From an uncultured Nitrososphaeria archaeon (lineage in GTDB: Archaea > Thermoproteota > Nitrososphaeria_A > Caldarchaeales > Wolframiiraptoraceae), in the NCBI GenBank assembly GCA_964507345.1, contig CAZDPL010000001.1, positions 2,073 through 66,072 of the forward strand: a stretch of DNA of 64,000 nt. Reading direction: 5' to 3'. Positions 28,466 through 39,389 of the stretch are shown here, piece after piece. Each line of letters starts with the position of its first letter. The stretch's first letter is position 1. The position numbers and the translations under genes are program-made. The notes beneath the pieces are model-generated. The model saw only the letters and a program-made list of their open reading frames with translations. It was not told the origin of the DNA and searched no databases.

Positions 28466-29539
28466 ATGAGTGAAAAGCTGATAGAAATAGATGGGTCGAT
28501 GGGTGAAGGTGGAGGGCAGATACTTAGAAATGCTGTGGCATTATCCGCCGTCCTGCTGAAGCCTATCCGAGTCTACAATATCAGAGCGAAGCGAAGCAAC
28601 CCGGGGCTTCGCCCTCAGCATCTAACAGGCGTTAAGGCGGTGGCGGCATTATCCTCAGCCGAGGTCTCTGGTCTAAAAGTCGGGTCGAGGGAGATAGTTT
28701 TCAAGCCGAGGAAGCTTAAGGGAGGAAGAATGTTTTTTGATGCTGGAACTGCTGGAAGCACTACGCTCATCCTTCAAAGCCTAATGCCTGTAATGGCCTT
28801 CAGCAATAGCCCGGTCGAAGTCGAACTAAGAGGCGGAACCAATAATCCCATGGCCCCGCCAGTAGAATACTTCAACATGGTTCTTCTCCCAACCCTAGAA
28901 AAGATGGATTGCAAATTCGAAATAACCTTACTCAGGAGGGGTTTCTATCCAAAGGGCGGCGGGGTCATAAGAGCGAGGTCAACCCCGGTTGACAAACTTT
29001 CTCCAATAAAGCTAATCGAAGCTGGGGAGGTGAAGAAGATAACAGGTCTGAGTTATAGTTGCAGACTCCCCTCCCATATCGTGGAACGCATGGCATCAAC
29101 TGCTGAGCGAATTCTAAGGACGAGGGGCTATGATGTAGAGATAAGGAGAGAAGTTCTAAAACCTGGAGATAAAGCATGTTCACTAGATCCGGGCTGTGGA
29201 ATAATCTTAGTCGCCGAGCTCGAATCAGGAGCCTTGCTAGGCTCAGATAACTTAGGGAAACTAGGAGTCCCGGCTGAAAAAGTGGCGGAAGATGCTGTAA
29301 ACGATTTGCTGAAACAAATAGACTCGGGGGCTCCTGTGGATAAGCACCTCGGGGATCAGCTCGTGATCTGGGCATCGCTAGCAGATGGGGTATCGGAATA
29401 CCGAGTCGCCGAGCTGACATCCCATACATTAACCAGCATAGAATTATGCAAGATACTAAGCGGAATCAAGGCGGAAGTTTCAGGAAAACTTGGAGAACCA
29501 GCAACTATAAGGATAGAGGGCATAGGCTTAAAGAGGTAA
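28466..29539 (+). CDS. rtcA: RNA 3'-terminal phosphate cyclase
   Basis: IEIDGSMGEGGGQILRNAVALSAVLLKPIRVYNIRAKRSNPGLRPQHL is the RtcA N-terminal signature. ATG 28466; the track's TTG 28457 is the alternative. Confidence 0.85.
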   Translation: MSEKLIEIDGSMGEGGGQILRNAVALSAVLLKPIRVYNIRAKRSNPGLRPQHLTGVKAVAALSSAEVSGLKVGSREIVFKPRKLKGGRMFFDAGTAGSTTLILQSLMPVMAFSNSPVEVELRGGTNNPMAPPVEYFNMVLLPTLEKMDCKFEITLLRRGFYPKGGGVIRARSTPVDKLSPIKLIEAGEVKKITGLSYSCRLPSHIVERMASTAERILRTRGYDVEIRREVLKPGDKACSLDPGCGIILVAELESGALLGSDNLGKLGVPAEKVAEDAVNDLLKQIDSGAPVDKHLGDQLVIWASLADGVSEYRVAELTSHTLTSIELCKILSGIKAEVSGKLGEPATIRIEGIGLKR

Positions 29540-29849
29540 CTCCACATTTCGTTTTCTCTCCTCTCAAGAGAATTCACGATCACGATGTTCAGGGTTAACT
29601 TTGTTGGATTCTCGGAGAATAAAACACTTATAACCTTTCGAGGATGTTTATGCCCGATTATGGCGATCTCCTGGCAAAGGGAACTTTGCTCAGCCGTAGA
29701 TAGGGTAATGCGGAAATATAATCTAGCTTAAATCCCTTCTTTTTTGATATCGCGGATTTAAGTTCCATAAGTCTGAGGCATCCTTCGAAGAAGCTGTCTT
29801 CCTCAAAGTATTTATTGAGTGGGTAGCTGACTTTGAGTAAAGGCAATCG

Positions 29850-30389
29850 TTGCTGGATGAGGTTGAGAACTTGAAGAGAGGCTTATTCATCGGTAGGTTT
29901 CAACCACCTCATCTTGGGCATCTTTATGCAATAAAGTCGGCGCTGTCGAATTCAGATGAGCTAATAATAGTGATCGGCAGCGCTCAATATAGCCACACGT
30001 TTGAAAACCCGTTTACGGCTGGTGAAAGGATAGAGATGCTGAGGCTTGCGTTGATCGAGGAGGGGATAGATCTTTCTAAGATATTCCTAATACCCGTTCC
30101 AGATATTGGTGAGCACTCGATTTGGGTTTCTAAGGTTAAGTCGTTTTGCCCATCCTTTGACGTCGTTTACACTAACAATTCTCTCGTGAGGAGACTTTTC
30201 GAGGAGGAAGGCTTTCCAGTGGAGTCCACTGGGCTTTATCGCAGGGATCTGGAGATGGGGACGGCGATAAGGGAGAGGATGCTTAGAGGAGAGCCTTGGG
30301 AAGATCTCGTTCCGAAATCTGTAGCCGAATACATTAAGAGGATAAAGGGGGTCGAGAGGTTGAGGGAGATCTGCAGGAAGACTGACTAA
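29850..30389 (+). CDS. nadM: Nicotinamide-nucleotide adenylyltransferase (archaeal NMNAT)
   Basis: RGLFIGRFQPPHLGHLYAIKSAL ... IVIGSAQYSHTFENPFTAGERIEMLRLAL. The probable real start is TTG 29871 (KRGLFIGRF), not TTG 29850. Confidence 0.85.
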   Translation: MLDEVENLKRGLFIGRFQPPHLGHLYAIKSALSNSDELIIVIGSAQYSHTFENPFTAGERIEMLRLALIEEGIDLSKIFLIPVPDIGEHSIWVSKVKSFCPSFDVVYTNNSLVRRLFEEEGFPVESTGLYRRDLEMGTAIRERMLRGEPWEDLVPKSVAEYIKRIKGVERLREICRKTD

Positions 30390-31594
30390 ATCTCTTCAAA
30401 CTTTATTCCCATGACCTTACAAAACGCTTTCAGTTCTTCTACTAGATCTCCTAATGCCAGAATGTGATGATTCCCTAAAGGCTTCTCTAGGATCTTCCCC
30501 GCGTTCGATCCCAAATCTACTGTTACCTGAGTTCTGCAACCATTTTCAATTCTAACTCCTTCAACAATCAATCCTGCTCCAGCTCTAAGAGTCTCATAAT
30601 TTGGAGAGAATCTCAGAAGAGTGGCTTCCATGCCAGGTTTCATCTCGCCCTTGATGGCGGGGTAAACCCCAGATTCGAAATGCGAAGTTATCTCGTAGCC
30701 GCTTGTGAGGCTTAAGGGGATTGTGCAGTGGGCTAGCGTGATTCTAGTTCCCTGACTAGCTATCACGTTTCCGATGAAGGATGCTGTGCCGCTGATGAGT
30801 CTAACTAAGATCATCGCCACCAGTGCTGGAACATCTCCCTCGCATCCAATAGTAAAGCCCATGTCTTGGAGAAGTGATGCTGAGAGGCATGGCGCGATAT
30901 TCTTGAACTTTATTATGTCGAAGCAATTCATAGTTAATCCGCTCAGCTTATAGCGTCTAAAAAGCTCTCTTAAGGCATAAGTCATCTTACATATATCCTC
31001 AAACCTATCGGCGGCTTCCTTGGGCAATTTTCTCAAAACTGGGTCGAGTAGCTTTTTCTCAATCGGGCTGGAGTCATATAGCGTGAAAAATTCGCTTAAG
31101 CTTATGTGGATTACAGAAACTCCAAGCTTCTCACGTAAAGCGCTTTCATTCAACCCACTATACACGAGCCATGGGCTAGGTTCTCCTAGAATCCCTATCT
31201 TCGAGCCGCGGATGAGCTGAGCCGCCCTCACACCCTTCAATATCCTTTCTATTTTCTTAACCGAGTCCGGCGCCTCGAGCTGAATTATCCAGCTTGGCGT
31301 ATTTTCTTCCCTAAGCAGGGAGGCTGCTTCAAGTCCTGCGGCAAGGCTATTTGACTCATGATGAGTTAGAATTAGTACGGGTTTACCGAGCTTCGTTAGT
31401 TTAGCGATTTGCTGCTCAACTCCTCCGGTGAGTATGAGAGCCAATATGGCGTCAACTTCTTCAGACGCTATGCATTCTATCGAGCTTTCTTCGCTGTAGA
31501 TGTCCGCTAGAAGGCTCTTCAATCTACTGGATTTCTTCTTCACGTACTCATCGCTCGTGAGAGGTGATGCGAAGGATATGAGAACGATCTTCAT
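30386..31594 (-). CDS. L-fucose/L-arabinose isomerase-like family protein (tentative)
   Basis: About 400 aa with a Rossmann-like N-terminus (MKIVLISFASPL) and a central GCEGDVPALVAMIL stretch reminiscent of FucI/AraA-like isomerases. Start set at ATG 31594 to avoid overlap with pth2. The track's TTG 31657 is the alternative. Confidence 0.4.
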   Translation of the reverse strand: MKIVLISFASPLTSDEYVKKKSSRLKSLLADIYSEESSIECIASEEVDAILALILTGGVEQQIAKLTKLGKPVLILTHHESNSLAAGLEAASLLREENTPSWIIQLEAPDSVKKIERILKGVRAAQLIRGSKIGILGEPSPWLVYSGLNESALREKLGVSVIHISLSEFFTLYDSSPIEKKLLDPVLRKLPKEAADRFEDICKMTYALRELFRRYKLSGLTMNCFDIIKFKNIAPCLSASLLQDMGFTIGCEGDVPALVAMILVRLISGTASFIGNVIASQGTRITLAHCTIPLSLTSGYEITSHFESGVYPAIKGEMKPGMEATLLRFSPNYETLRAGAGLIVEGVRIENGCRTQVTVDLGSNAGKILEKPLGNHHILALGDLVEELKAFCKVMGIKFEEI

Positions 31595-31640
31595 ATTCAG
31601 CGAATAGTTTTCTAAATCCATTGGGTTTAATTCTTTTGAA

Positions 31641-32006
31641 ATGAGGAGGATCTTCAACTACAAGCAGGCGATAGTAATCAGAACAGATCTCAAAATGAGT
31701 CCTGGAAAAATAGCGGCTCAAGCGGCTCACGCCGCGGTCTCCGCAGCTGAAGAATGTAGAAGGATTAAACCAGAATGGCTTAAAGAGTGGCTTCGGGAGG
31801 GCCAGAAGAAGGTGGTCTTAAAGGTTCCTGGAGAATCTGATTTGAGATCGCTTCTAGATCAGGCTAGGGCTCTGGGCTTACCAGCCGCGTTAATCGAAGA
31901 TGCAGGCTTAACTGAAATCCCGCCTGGAACGGTTACGGCTCTTGGGATAGGTCCAGCTCCATCCGAGATCATTGATAAGGTTACTGGAAAGCTTAAGCTT
32001 CTTTAA
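31641..32006 (+). CDS. pth2: Peptidyl-tRNA hydrolase, archaeal type (Pth2)
   Basis: [26 protein letters not shown] ... [22 protein letters not shown] is the Pth2 signature. 121 aa. Confidence 0.85.
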   Translation: MRRIFNYKQAIVIRTDLKMSPGKIAAQAAHAAVSAAEECRRIKPEWLKEWLREGQKKVVLKVPGESDLRSLLDQARALGLPAALIEDAGLTEIPPGTVTALGIGPAPSEIIDKVTGKLKLL

Positions 32007-32034
32007 TCGTGAGGTATAAGTCTGTCTGCTTAGG

Positions 32035-33411
32035 ATGCTGTCGACTCTGAGGCCAGAAGATATTGAACGCTTCATAGGAATTGAAGGTTACGTCACTAAG
32101 GTTAAGGGGATCGGCGGAGTGATCAAGCGCGAGCCCGAAGACTTCCTGACTTGGGAGGTTCTCGTAGATGGTTCTGATGCGAGAGCGATTTACGCGAATT
32201 GGAGAGGTTTTTCAAAGGGATTAGGTGATCAGGTTCTCGCCATCATGAAAAAGAGGAGAATCGATACGATAAGAGCATGCACTGCGATTTCGAAGAAGCT
32301 TGGAATCAAGCCTAAAATGATAAGTGTATGCGGCATCAAGGATAAGATGAGCGTTAGCTGGCAATTCGTAACCATTCCAAAAGACTTTCTAGGCGAGGAG
32401 GGTATTCAACTCGGAAACCTTATTCATCTGCTCCCGCTGAAGAACGTGAAATCCCGCTTAACGTCGAAATCCCTCGCTAAAAACATGTTTGAGATCGTGA
32501 TTCGGGAAATTGAGGCAGATGGCGAGGAGGTTAAGGAGTGTATAGAAGAGCTTAAGGTTTCAGGACTTCCAAACTTCTACGGGCATCAACGCTTCGGGAT
32601 AACGAGACCCATCACGCCAATCGTTGGAAAATACATGATGACGGGAGACTTGCAGAAAGCCGTGCTCTCATTTCTAAGCGAATACTCTCCCTTGGAAAGC
32701 GAGGAGAATAGGAAGGCGAGGAGGAGATTTAGCGAGGATATGGATCCTGAAGCGGCATTAGAATATTTTCCCAGGAGTCTGCGATACGAGCGAGAGATGC
32801 TTCGCGTTTTAGCTGAAGTGAAAGACGATTATGTAGCCGCTATAAGAGCGCTTCCATTGAGGCTTAGAAGACTGATGGTCGAATCCGTTTCAGCCCTGGT
32901 ATTCAATAAGGCTCTCTCAAAAATCATAAAGAAAGGATTACTGAATGAACTTGAGATAGGAGACTTCGTGGTCAGATTAGATATGCATGGAAGGGTGGAG
33001 CCAGGCAGGCCGATCGAAGTTAAGAGCGGAAACTTTCAGCAGATCGAGAAGCTTGTTTCCTCCAGAAAATTCGCAATAGCTCTCCCAGTCCCCGGCTATC
33101 TCTCAAGCATTCCTAGGAGCAGTAAGGGTGAAGCACTTCTATCCGCCTTAGAGGAAGTAGGAGTCTCGTTGGAAATGTTCAGGCTGAGAGAGGTTCCCGA
33201 GGCATCGACTCGAGGCTCGCTTAGGCCGATAATCGTTCCGAAGTGGAGCTGCGAGATAATACGATGGGGAGCTTCTTCCATAACCCTTAGAATAAGCCTT
33301 CCTCCTGGAAGCTATGCCACGATCCTCCTTAGAGAGATCATGAAGCCTAGGAGTCCTTTAGCGTTTATAGGGAAAATGGATAATAGCGATAAGGTTGAAG
33401 GGTTTGGCTGA
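32035..33411 (+). CDS. truD: tRNA pseudouridine(13) synthase TruD
   Basis: The NFYGHQRFG motif and 458-aa length fit archaeal TruD/Pus7-like enzymes. Confidence 0.7.
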   Translation: MLSTLRPEDIERFIGIEGYVTKVKGIGGVIKREPEDFLTWEVLVDGSDARAIYANWRGFSKGLGDQVLAIMKKRRIDTIRACTAISKKLGIKPKMISVCGIKDKMSVSWQFVTIPKDFLGEEGIQLGNLIHLLPLKNVKSRLTSKSLAKNMFEIVIREIEADGEEVKECIEELKVSGLPNFYGHQRFGITRPITPIVGKYMMTGDLQKAVLSFLSEYSPLESEENRKARRRFSEDMDPEAALEYFPRSLRYEREMLRVLAEVKDDYVAAIRALPLRLRRLMVESVSALVFNKALSKIIKKGLLNELEIGDFVVRLDMHGRVEPGRPIEVKSGNFQQIEKLVSSRKFAIALPVPGYLSSIPRSSKGEALLSALEEVGVSLEMFRLREVPEASTRGSLRPIIVPKWSCEIIRWGASSITLRISLPPGSYATILLREIMKPRSPLAFIGKMDNSDKVEGFG

Positions 33412-34071
33412 ATGGAGGGCTATATTGTTAGAACCCCGAGCGCTAAGGCGACGTGGACTATAATTGCAATAAACCTCATAATCGGCTTCACCACTATAAT
33501 GATTCAATACTCGGATCCCGCGCTCTTTAACTGGATAATCTGGAATTTTGCGGCGATCCCAATCTACACCCTACTCGGAAAGCAGCTCTACAGGCTCATA
33601 ACATCCATGTTCCTCCACGGAGGTTTCATACACCTTTTCCTAAACATGTTCACGCTATTCATCTTCGGACCAGATGTCGAGAGAGTATTGGGGAGAGGAC
33701 GATATCTACTGCTCTATTTCGCGAGCGGGCTTGCCGCCGACTATGCTCACGCATATTTCATCAAGACGTTTTTCCCCATTAGGGAGCTTTTGACGGCTCC
33801 CTCGATAGGAGCCTCGGGAGCTATTTTCGGCGTCATGGCCGCTTTCGCGGTTCTATTCCCATTTAGGAGGCTCATGATTTTCATCGGGTTTCCGATAATC
33901 GCTCCAGCGATAGTCGCGATCTTCATTATGGCTGGGCTACAATTCCTCTATGCGCTCTTCACGCCTTTCTCTCAGATAGCTTACGCAGCGCATCTAGGAG
34001 GATTCCTGACGGGCTTGATCCTAACCCTAATCTTCAAGCCGTCCCTGAGGAGGGTGACCTTCACGTTTTAA
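33412..34071 (+). CDS. Rhomboid family intramembrane serine protease
   Basis: HLFLNMFTLFIFG, the GASGAIFGV catalytic Ser motif and AHLGGFLTG His motif. Six TM helices. Confidence 0.75.
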   Translation: MEGYIVRTPSAKATWTIIAINLIIGFTTIMIQYSDPALFNWIIWNFAAIPIYTLLGKQLYRLITSMFLHGGFIHLFLNMFTLFIFGPDVERVLGRGRYLLLYFASGLAADYAHAYFIKTFFPIRELLTAPSIGASGAIFGVMAAFAVLFPFRRLMIFIGFPIIAPAIVAIFIMAGLQFLYALFTPFSQIAYAAHLGGFLTGLILTLIFKPSLRRVTFTF

Positions 34072-34481
34072 CGCGTTCCGATGATCTTTACATAGACTTT
34101 CCTACGCCTCGGACCATCGAACTCCGCTAAGAAGATGCTTTGCCAAGTCCCGAGCAGAATTCTCCCATCGTTTAACGGAATTACCAAGGATTGGCCTAGG
34201 ACTATGGATCTTAGGTGTGCATGAGCGTTATCGTCTACTTGATCATGTAGGTACCCCGCATTCTCTGGCAAGAGCTTTGACAAGCTATCCTCGATATCCT
34301 TCTTCAAGCCGCTTTCATCCTCGTTTATGAAGAGGCCGACGGTGGTATGAGGCGTGAAGACGTTAACAATTCCATCCCGTATACCGCTTCTCCGCAAAAT
34401 CTCCAACACGTTCGCCGTAATATTCTTCAACTCAATCCTTCTCCCAGTCTCGACGCTAAACTCCTCAAAATAGCTCTCCAT
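34068..34481 (-). CDS. YjbQ/UPF0047 family protein (secondary thiamine-phosphate synthase-like)
   Basis: ITANVLEIL...GIVNVFTPHTTVGLFINE...AHAHLRSIVLGQSLVIPLNDGRILLGTWQSIFLAEFDGPRRRKVY is the classic YjbQ pattern. Confidence 0.8.
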   Translation of the reverse strand: MESYFEEFSVETGRRIELKNITANVLEILRRSGIRDGIVNVFTPHTTVGLFINEDESGLKKDIEDSLSKLLPENAGYLHDQVDDNAHAHLRSIVLGQSLVIPLNDGRILLGTWQSIFLAEFDGPRRRKVYVKIIGTR

Positions 34482-34560
34482 AACTCAAACCAGTATCCCT
34501 CGACGAATTAAGGATTAAGAGTTAAAAAGGCAGCCTCCCGCCTATCTAAAGGCTCAGATC

Positions 34561-35271
34561 ATGCTCGTCGACGCCCACTGCCACGCATACGAATTCTCGG
34601 AAAAAGAGTTAGAAAAATATCAATCGATCAGGATTATCTGCGTTTCAGAAGATCTTGAAAGCAGTAGGAAGTCGCTGGAGCTTTCTGAGAAATTTCCAAA
34701 CATAGTGCCATTTGTTGGGCTTCATCCATGGAATGTCGCCGATGTATCTAAAACAGAGCTTGACGAAGTTCTGAAGCTAATAGATCGCGAGGAAGTTTTC
34801 GGGATAGGTGAAGTTGGATTAGATAAGCGGAAGGCAGTATCGTATGAGCGGCAAAAAGAGTTCTTCCAAAAATTTTGCGAAGCCTCAAGAGAATACGGTT
34901 TGCCAATGAATATCCACGCATTAGATTCTTGGACAGAAGTTCTCGAAATGCTCCGAAGATACGATATCGAGTCTGCCGTTCTACATTGGTACAGCGGCCC
35001 CGTAGAATTGCTTGAAGAACTATCTGAAGATGGTTACATGATCACCATAAACCCAGCGGTCAAAATTCAGAATAAGCATCGAAGGGTTCTGGAGGAAGTT
35101 GATCTCGATATGATTTTAACTGAAAGTGATGGTCCATACCATTACAGGGGTCTCGATTTGAAGCCTGACATGATTTCTGAGCTGGTGAAGTTCATAGCGG
35201 AGGTAAAAGGCGTTGCACCGAGCACCGTTGAGGACCTTGTTGAAAGTAATCTCAGGCGTTTCTTAAGATGA
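34561..35271 (+). CDS. tatD: TatD family metal-dependent hydrolase
   Basis: MLVDAHCH, GEVGLD and NIHALDSW motifs. 236 aa. Confidence 0.8.
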   Translation: MLVDAHCHAYEFSEKELEKYQSIRIICVSEDLESSRKSLELSEKFPNIVPFVGLHPWNVADVSKTELDEVLKLIDREEVFGIGEVGLDKRKAVSYERQKEFFQKFCEASREYGLPMNIHALDSWTEVLEMLRRYDIESAVLHWYSGPVELLEELSEDGYMITINPAVKIQNKHRRVLEEVDLDMILTESDGPYHYRGLDLKPDMISELVKFIAEVKGVAPSTVEDLVESNLRRFLR

Positions 35272-35276
35272 TCAAG

Positions 35277-35858
35277 CTATTGGATTTGAAGGCTTTTTAG
35301 ATAACCATTGACGACTTTCTCGTTTTCCGCGTTTTCCTTATCGATTTCAGAGATGAAGCGCAGCGTCTTCGCAAAGATCTCGTATTCCTTTTTCTTAAGC
35401 ACTTCAGCTAATTTCGTTTGATATCCGTGCTCGATGAAGATGCAATACATTTCTTGGGGGAGTTCTTTGGGGATCTTAGAGAGGAGTTCATCTTCTTGGA
35501 GAGGTATGCTAAACATCTTTCCCTCCTTCTTGCCGCTTACGATTGTGTAGGCTCCTCTCGTTATCTTCTCGACTCGCGTTGGAACTGGTTCTACGGCTTT
35601 CAAATTTCTTAAGATTTCAATTGAGTCGATTATCCATCTAGGAGGCTCACTTTGTCTGCTTAGTATCGCCTTGATTTTTACAGGTATGCCGGGCTTTAGG
35701 GGAATGCTGGGCTCTCTGAGGTAGGCGATTCTGCTTTCGCCTCCAGGTGTCATTATCTTTAGACGATATTCTAGTAGTCCTCTCCGCGTCCTTGGTGTGA
35801 CGGAGATTATGTACCCGCTGAACTCGATCTCTTCTTCCTTGTACTTTGTCATTTCCAT
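35277..35858 (-). CDS. Hypothetical protein (193 aa)
   Basis: Clean ORF with no competing frame and no recognisable motif. The N-terminal half is beta-rich and possibly an OB-like fold. Confidence 0.45.
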   Translation of the reverse strand: MEMTKYKEEEIEFSGYIISVTPRTRRGLLEYRLKIMTPGGESRIAYLREPSIPLKPGIPVKIKAILSRQSEPPRWIIDSIEILRNLKAVEPVPTRVEKITRGAYTIVSGKKEGKMFSIPLQEDELLSKIPKELPQEMYCIFIEHGYQTKLAEVLKKKEYEIFAKTLRFISEIDKENAENEKVVNGYLKSLQIQ

Positions 35859-35886
35859 TTTCTAACATAATCAAGGCTAGATTAGC

Positions 35887-37563
35887 TTATTTTAGTCTTT
35901 GATCCTCCCGTTGGGTGAGGATTGCTCCCGTATCTGCTGAGGATACGCTCAGAGAATATCTCAGAAGACATCCTCTCGGTATCTTGGGCTTCGGCGGCTT
36001 CCACTTCTTTAATCTCTCCTGTATTTCATCTGCGGTTAGCTCGACTTCGAGCAGCCGCTTCTCCACATCTATCCTGATTAAGTCTCCATCCTTCAATACT
36101 GCTATTGGTCCTCCTTCAGCGGCTTCGGGCGAGATGTGGCCTATGCAGAGGCCGCGTGTAGCTCCTGAGAAGCGGCCATCAGTTATCAGCGCAACTTTCT
36201 CGATTAATCCCAGCCCGACGAGAGTCGCTGTTGGTGCGAGCATTTCTCTCATGCCCGGTCCGCCTTTAGGTCCTTCGTAGCGTATCACGACAACTTCTCC
36301 TTCGGAGATCTCTCTATTCATTAGTGCTTTAACGGCGTCGCTTTCGCAGTCAAAGACTCTTGCTTTTCCCTCGAATTTCATCATGCTCGCTGGTACGCCA
36401 GCCGTCTTCAAAACAGCTCCCCTGGGAGCGAGGTTTCCTTTCAGGATTGCTATTCCCCCCGCTCTTCTAATCGGCTTACTTAATGGTCTGATGATGTTTT
36501 CATCAAGGATCTTGGCGGAGGCGATGTTTTCTTTGAGAGATTTTCCCGTGACGGTTAACGCGTCTAGGTTTAGGAGAGGTTCGAGAGCTTTCATTACGGC
36601 AGGTATTCCTCCAGCCCTATCTAGATCCTCCATGCCGTAGATGCCGCTTGGAATGAGCTCGGAGAGCTGCGGAGTTTCTCTACTCAGTCTATCAAAATCA
36701 TCGAGCGTCAAATCCACCCCAGCCTCCTTCGCGACGGCCATTAAATGGAGAACGGTATTCGTCGATCCTCCCAGAGCTAAATCCACTCTAATAGCGTTCT
36801 CGAACGCTTTCTTCGTAAGGATCTTCGAAGCCGTTAATCCTTCCTTAACCATTTCGACGATTCTTCTCCCTGATTCAAGGGCTATTGCAAGTCTTCGAGA
36901 ACTTGTCGCGGGAGGAGTAGCGGATCCTGGGAGAGATAATCCGAGAGCCTCAACCATGCATGCCATAGTGTTCGCGGTGTAGAGCCCATTGCACGACCCG
37001 CATGTTGGGCAAGCAGCCTGCTCCAGCTCTGCTAGATCTTCTTCAGAAAGCTCTCCAGCTTTAACTCTTCCAATAGCTTCAAAAACATGCGAATAAGCCA
37101 CTTTTCTCCCCCTAAACCATCCGCATAGCATCGGCCCTCCTGTGACGACTATGGTTGGTAGGTCGAGTCTCGCGGCGGCCATGAGCATCCCAGGCGTAAC
37201 CTTATCGCAGTTCGGTATCAGCACGAGAGCGTCGAGGGCGTGGGCTTCGGCGACGATCTCCACCGAGTCGGCTATCACTTCTCTCGATGGAAGCGAGTAA
37301 TGCATGCCCTTATGACCCATAGCTATTCCATCGCAGACGACGATCGTATTGAATTCGAATGGCACTCCGCCAGCCTCTCTAACCCCCTGCATAACGGCTT
37401 CAGCTATTCTCCTAAGATGGATGTGTCCTGGAACAAGGCTTGAATAACTGCTCACGACACCTATGAATGGCTTTTCAAAATCATCTCTCGTTAATCCAGC
37501 AGCATATAGCAACGCTCTATGGGGAGCTCTCTCCAACCCCTTCTTAATGACATCACTTCTCAT
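35887..37563 (-). CDS. ilvD: Dihydroxy-acid dehydratase
   Basis: 558 aa. Fe-S ligands in the [15 protein letters not shown] and CPTCGSCNG stretches. IlvD/EDD family. Confidence 0.9.
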   Translation of the reverse strand: MRSDVIKKGLERAPHRALLYAAGLTRDDFEKPFIGVVSSYSSLVPGHIHLRRIAEAVMQGVREAGGVPFEFNTIVVCDGIAMGHKGMHYSLPSREVIADSVEIVAEAHALDALVLIPNCDKVTPGMLMAAARLDLPTIVVTGGPMLCGWFRGRKVAYSHVFEAIGRVKAGELSEEDLAELEQAACPTCGSCNGLYTANTMACMVEALGLSLPGSATPPATSSRRLAIALESGRRIVEMVKEGLTASKILTKKAFENAIRVDLALGGSTNTVLHLMAVAKEAGVDLTLDDFDRLSRETPQLSELIPSGIYGMEDLDRAGGIPAVMKALEPLLNLDALTVTGKSLKENIASAKILDENIIRPLSKPIRRAGGIAILKGNLAPRGAVLKTAGVPASMMKFEGKARVFDCESDAVKALMNREISEGEVVVIRYEGPKGGPGMREMLAPTATLVGLGLIEKVALITDGRFSGATRGLCIGHISPEAAEGGPIAVLKDGDLIRIDVEKRLLEVELTADEIQERLKKWKPPKPKIPRGCLLRYSLSVSSADTGAILTQREDQRLK

Positions 37564-37679
37564 AATGTGATACCCATTCTCCCAGATGCTTAATAATCTT
37601 TGATGTGCAGCTGAAGTAGCATCCAGCTCCTAGATAGACAAATTAATCTATCACCATCGATCAACAAACTCATAAGATC

Positions 37680-39389
37680 ATGAGGCTGAATGGAGCTAAA
37701 GCGCTGATAAAATCGCTTGAAAACCAGAAAGTGGAGACGATATTCGGAATCCCTGGGGGAGCCATACTGCCGACTTATGACGCCCTCTACGACTCAAGTA
37801 TAAGGCACATCCTCGTGAGACATGAGCAATGCGCAGCACACGCGGCCGATGGCTATGCGAGAGCTAGCGGAAAAGTTGGAGTATGTATGGCTACCTCCGG
37901 GCCCGGGGCGACAAATCTCGTAACGGGCATCGCTACAGCGTATATGGACTCTTCACCTATAGTGGCGATAACGGGCCAAGTTCCGAGAAACATGATAGGC
38001 AGAGACGCTTTCCAAGAAGCCGACATAATAGGAATCGTTACGCCGATAACGAAGTATAACTTCCAGATAAGAAGCCCGCATGATATTCCGATAGTGGTTA
38101 AACAAGCATTTCGTGTAGCGTCGAGCGGAAGACCGGGCCCTGTTTTAATAGACTTCCCAGTCGATGTTCAAAAGGAGGAGGCGGATGTTAACCTCGAACT
38201 CGAGGTCGATATAGCGGGATATAGGCCGACGAGCGACCCACATCCACTTCAGGTAAAACGCGCGGCGGAACTTCTCCTAAACGCTGAGAGACCTATCATC
38301 CTCGCGGGAGGGGGAGTAATACTCTCGAACGCATCGGAGGAACTTATTGAGCTTTCAGAATATCTTTCAATACCTGTCGCGGTCACCTTAATGGGTAAAG
38401 GAGCTTTTCCAGAAAATCATCCACTATATCTTGGGATGATCGGCATGCATGGATCGGCCGTCGCTAATAAGCTGATTCTCGAAGCAGACGTCGTATTGGC
38501 CGTGGGAACGAGATTCACTGATAGATCCGTTGGGAAATTCGATGAATTCTGCAGGGACGCGAAGATAATTCACGTAGACATAGACGCCGCGGAGATCGGG
38601 AAGAACGTGAGACCTCATGTGCCGATAGTAGCTGACGCGAAGAAGACTCTCAAAGCAATCTACGAAGCAGCTAAGGAAATTCAACGTAAGCAAGATAGAT
38701 CCATCTGGCTCCAGCGAGTTAAGCAGGTGAAAGACGAGTTCAGCTCCCTCCCCGATGTGCAGTCAGATCGCTTAAGACCCAAAGACGTTATCAAGGAAGT
38801 TCGAAGACTCCTTCCCGAGAACGGGATAGTGACGACAGGCGTTGGAAGAAATCAGATGTGGGCCGCTATATACTTCAAAGCCTACAAACCTAGAACCTTC
38901 ATCACGTCCGGCGGTCTCGGAACCATGGGATTTGGTCTCCCAGCAGCTATAGGAGCTAAAGCAGCTAAGCCTGAGAGCATAGTAGTCGATATAGATGGCG
39001 ATGGAAGCTTCCTCATGACGGAGCGAGAGCTGGCAACGACGATCGCTGAGGGAATTCCGATAATAGCCGTAATCATGAATGATGGATGGCTTGGAATGGT
39101 GAAGTACTGGCAAGACTTATTCTATGGAAAAAGGCGCTCAGCAACGAATCTAAAACAAGGGATACCCGACTTCGTCAAGCTCGCGCAAGCATACGGCGCC
39201 TCGGGAATCCGCGTTCACACGATTCAAGAGTTTTCCAAAGCCTTTAAGGAGGCTATGAAAAATGAGGTCACAACCGTGATAGACGTAATAATCTCGCCTG
39301 ATGAACCCGTCTTGCCTTTCGTCCCTCCAGGTAAGCCGCTTAGCGAGATAATCCTAGATCTTAAGGAGGTGAGGAAGGGTGGAAGTTAA
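37680..39389 (+). CDS. ilvB: Acetolactate synthase large subunit
   Basis: TPP-enzyme signature GIPGGAILP...MATSGPGATNLVTG, and the TPP-binding GLGTMGFGLPAAIGA ... IDGDGSF region. Confidence 0.9.
   Translation: MRLNGAKALIKSLENQKVETIFGIPGGAILPTYDALYDSSIRHILVRHEQCAAHAADGYARASGKVGVCMATSGPGATNLVTGIATAYMDSSPIVAITGQVPRNMIGRDAFQEADIIGIVTPITKYNFQIRSPHDIPIVVKQAFRVASSGRPGPVLIDFPVDVQKEEADVNLELEVDIAGYRPTSDPHPLQVKRAAELLLNAERPIILAGGGVILSNASEELIELSEYLSIPVAVTLMGKGAFPENHPLYLGMIGMHGSAVANKLILEADVVLAVGTRFTDRSVGKFDEFCRDAKIIHVDIDAAEIGKNVRPHVPIVADAKKTLKAIYEAAKEIQRKQDRSIWLQRVKQVKDEFSSLPDVQSDRLRPKDVIKEVRRLLPENGIVTTGVGRNQMWAAIYFKAYKPRTFITSGGLGTMGFGLPAAIGAKAAKPESIVVDIDGDGSFLMTERELATTIAEGIPIIAVIMNDGWLGMVKYWQDLFYGKRRSATNLKQGIPDFVKLAQAYGASGIRVHTIQEFSKAFKEAMKNEVTTVIDVIISPDEPVLPFVPPGKPLSEIILDLKEVRKGGS

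Noticed and set aside
36383-37443. Plus-strand ORFs inside ilvD
   Set aside because: They are antisense to dihydroxy-acid dehydratase and are Ala/Pro/Ser-rich shadow frames.
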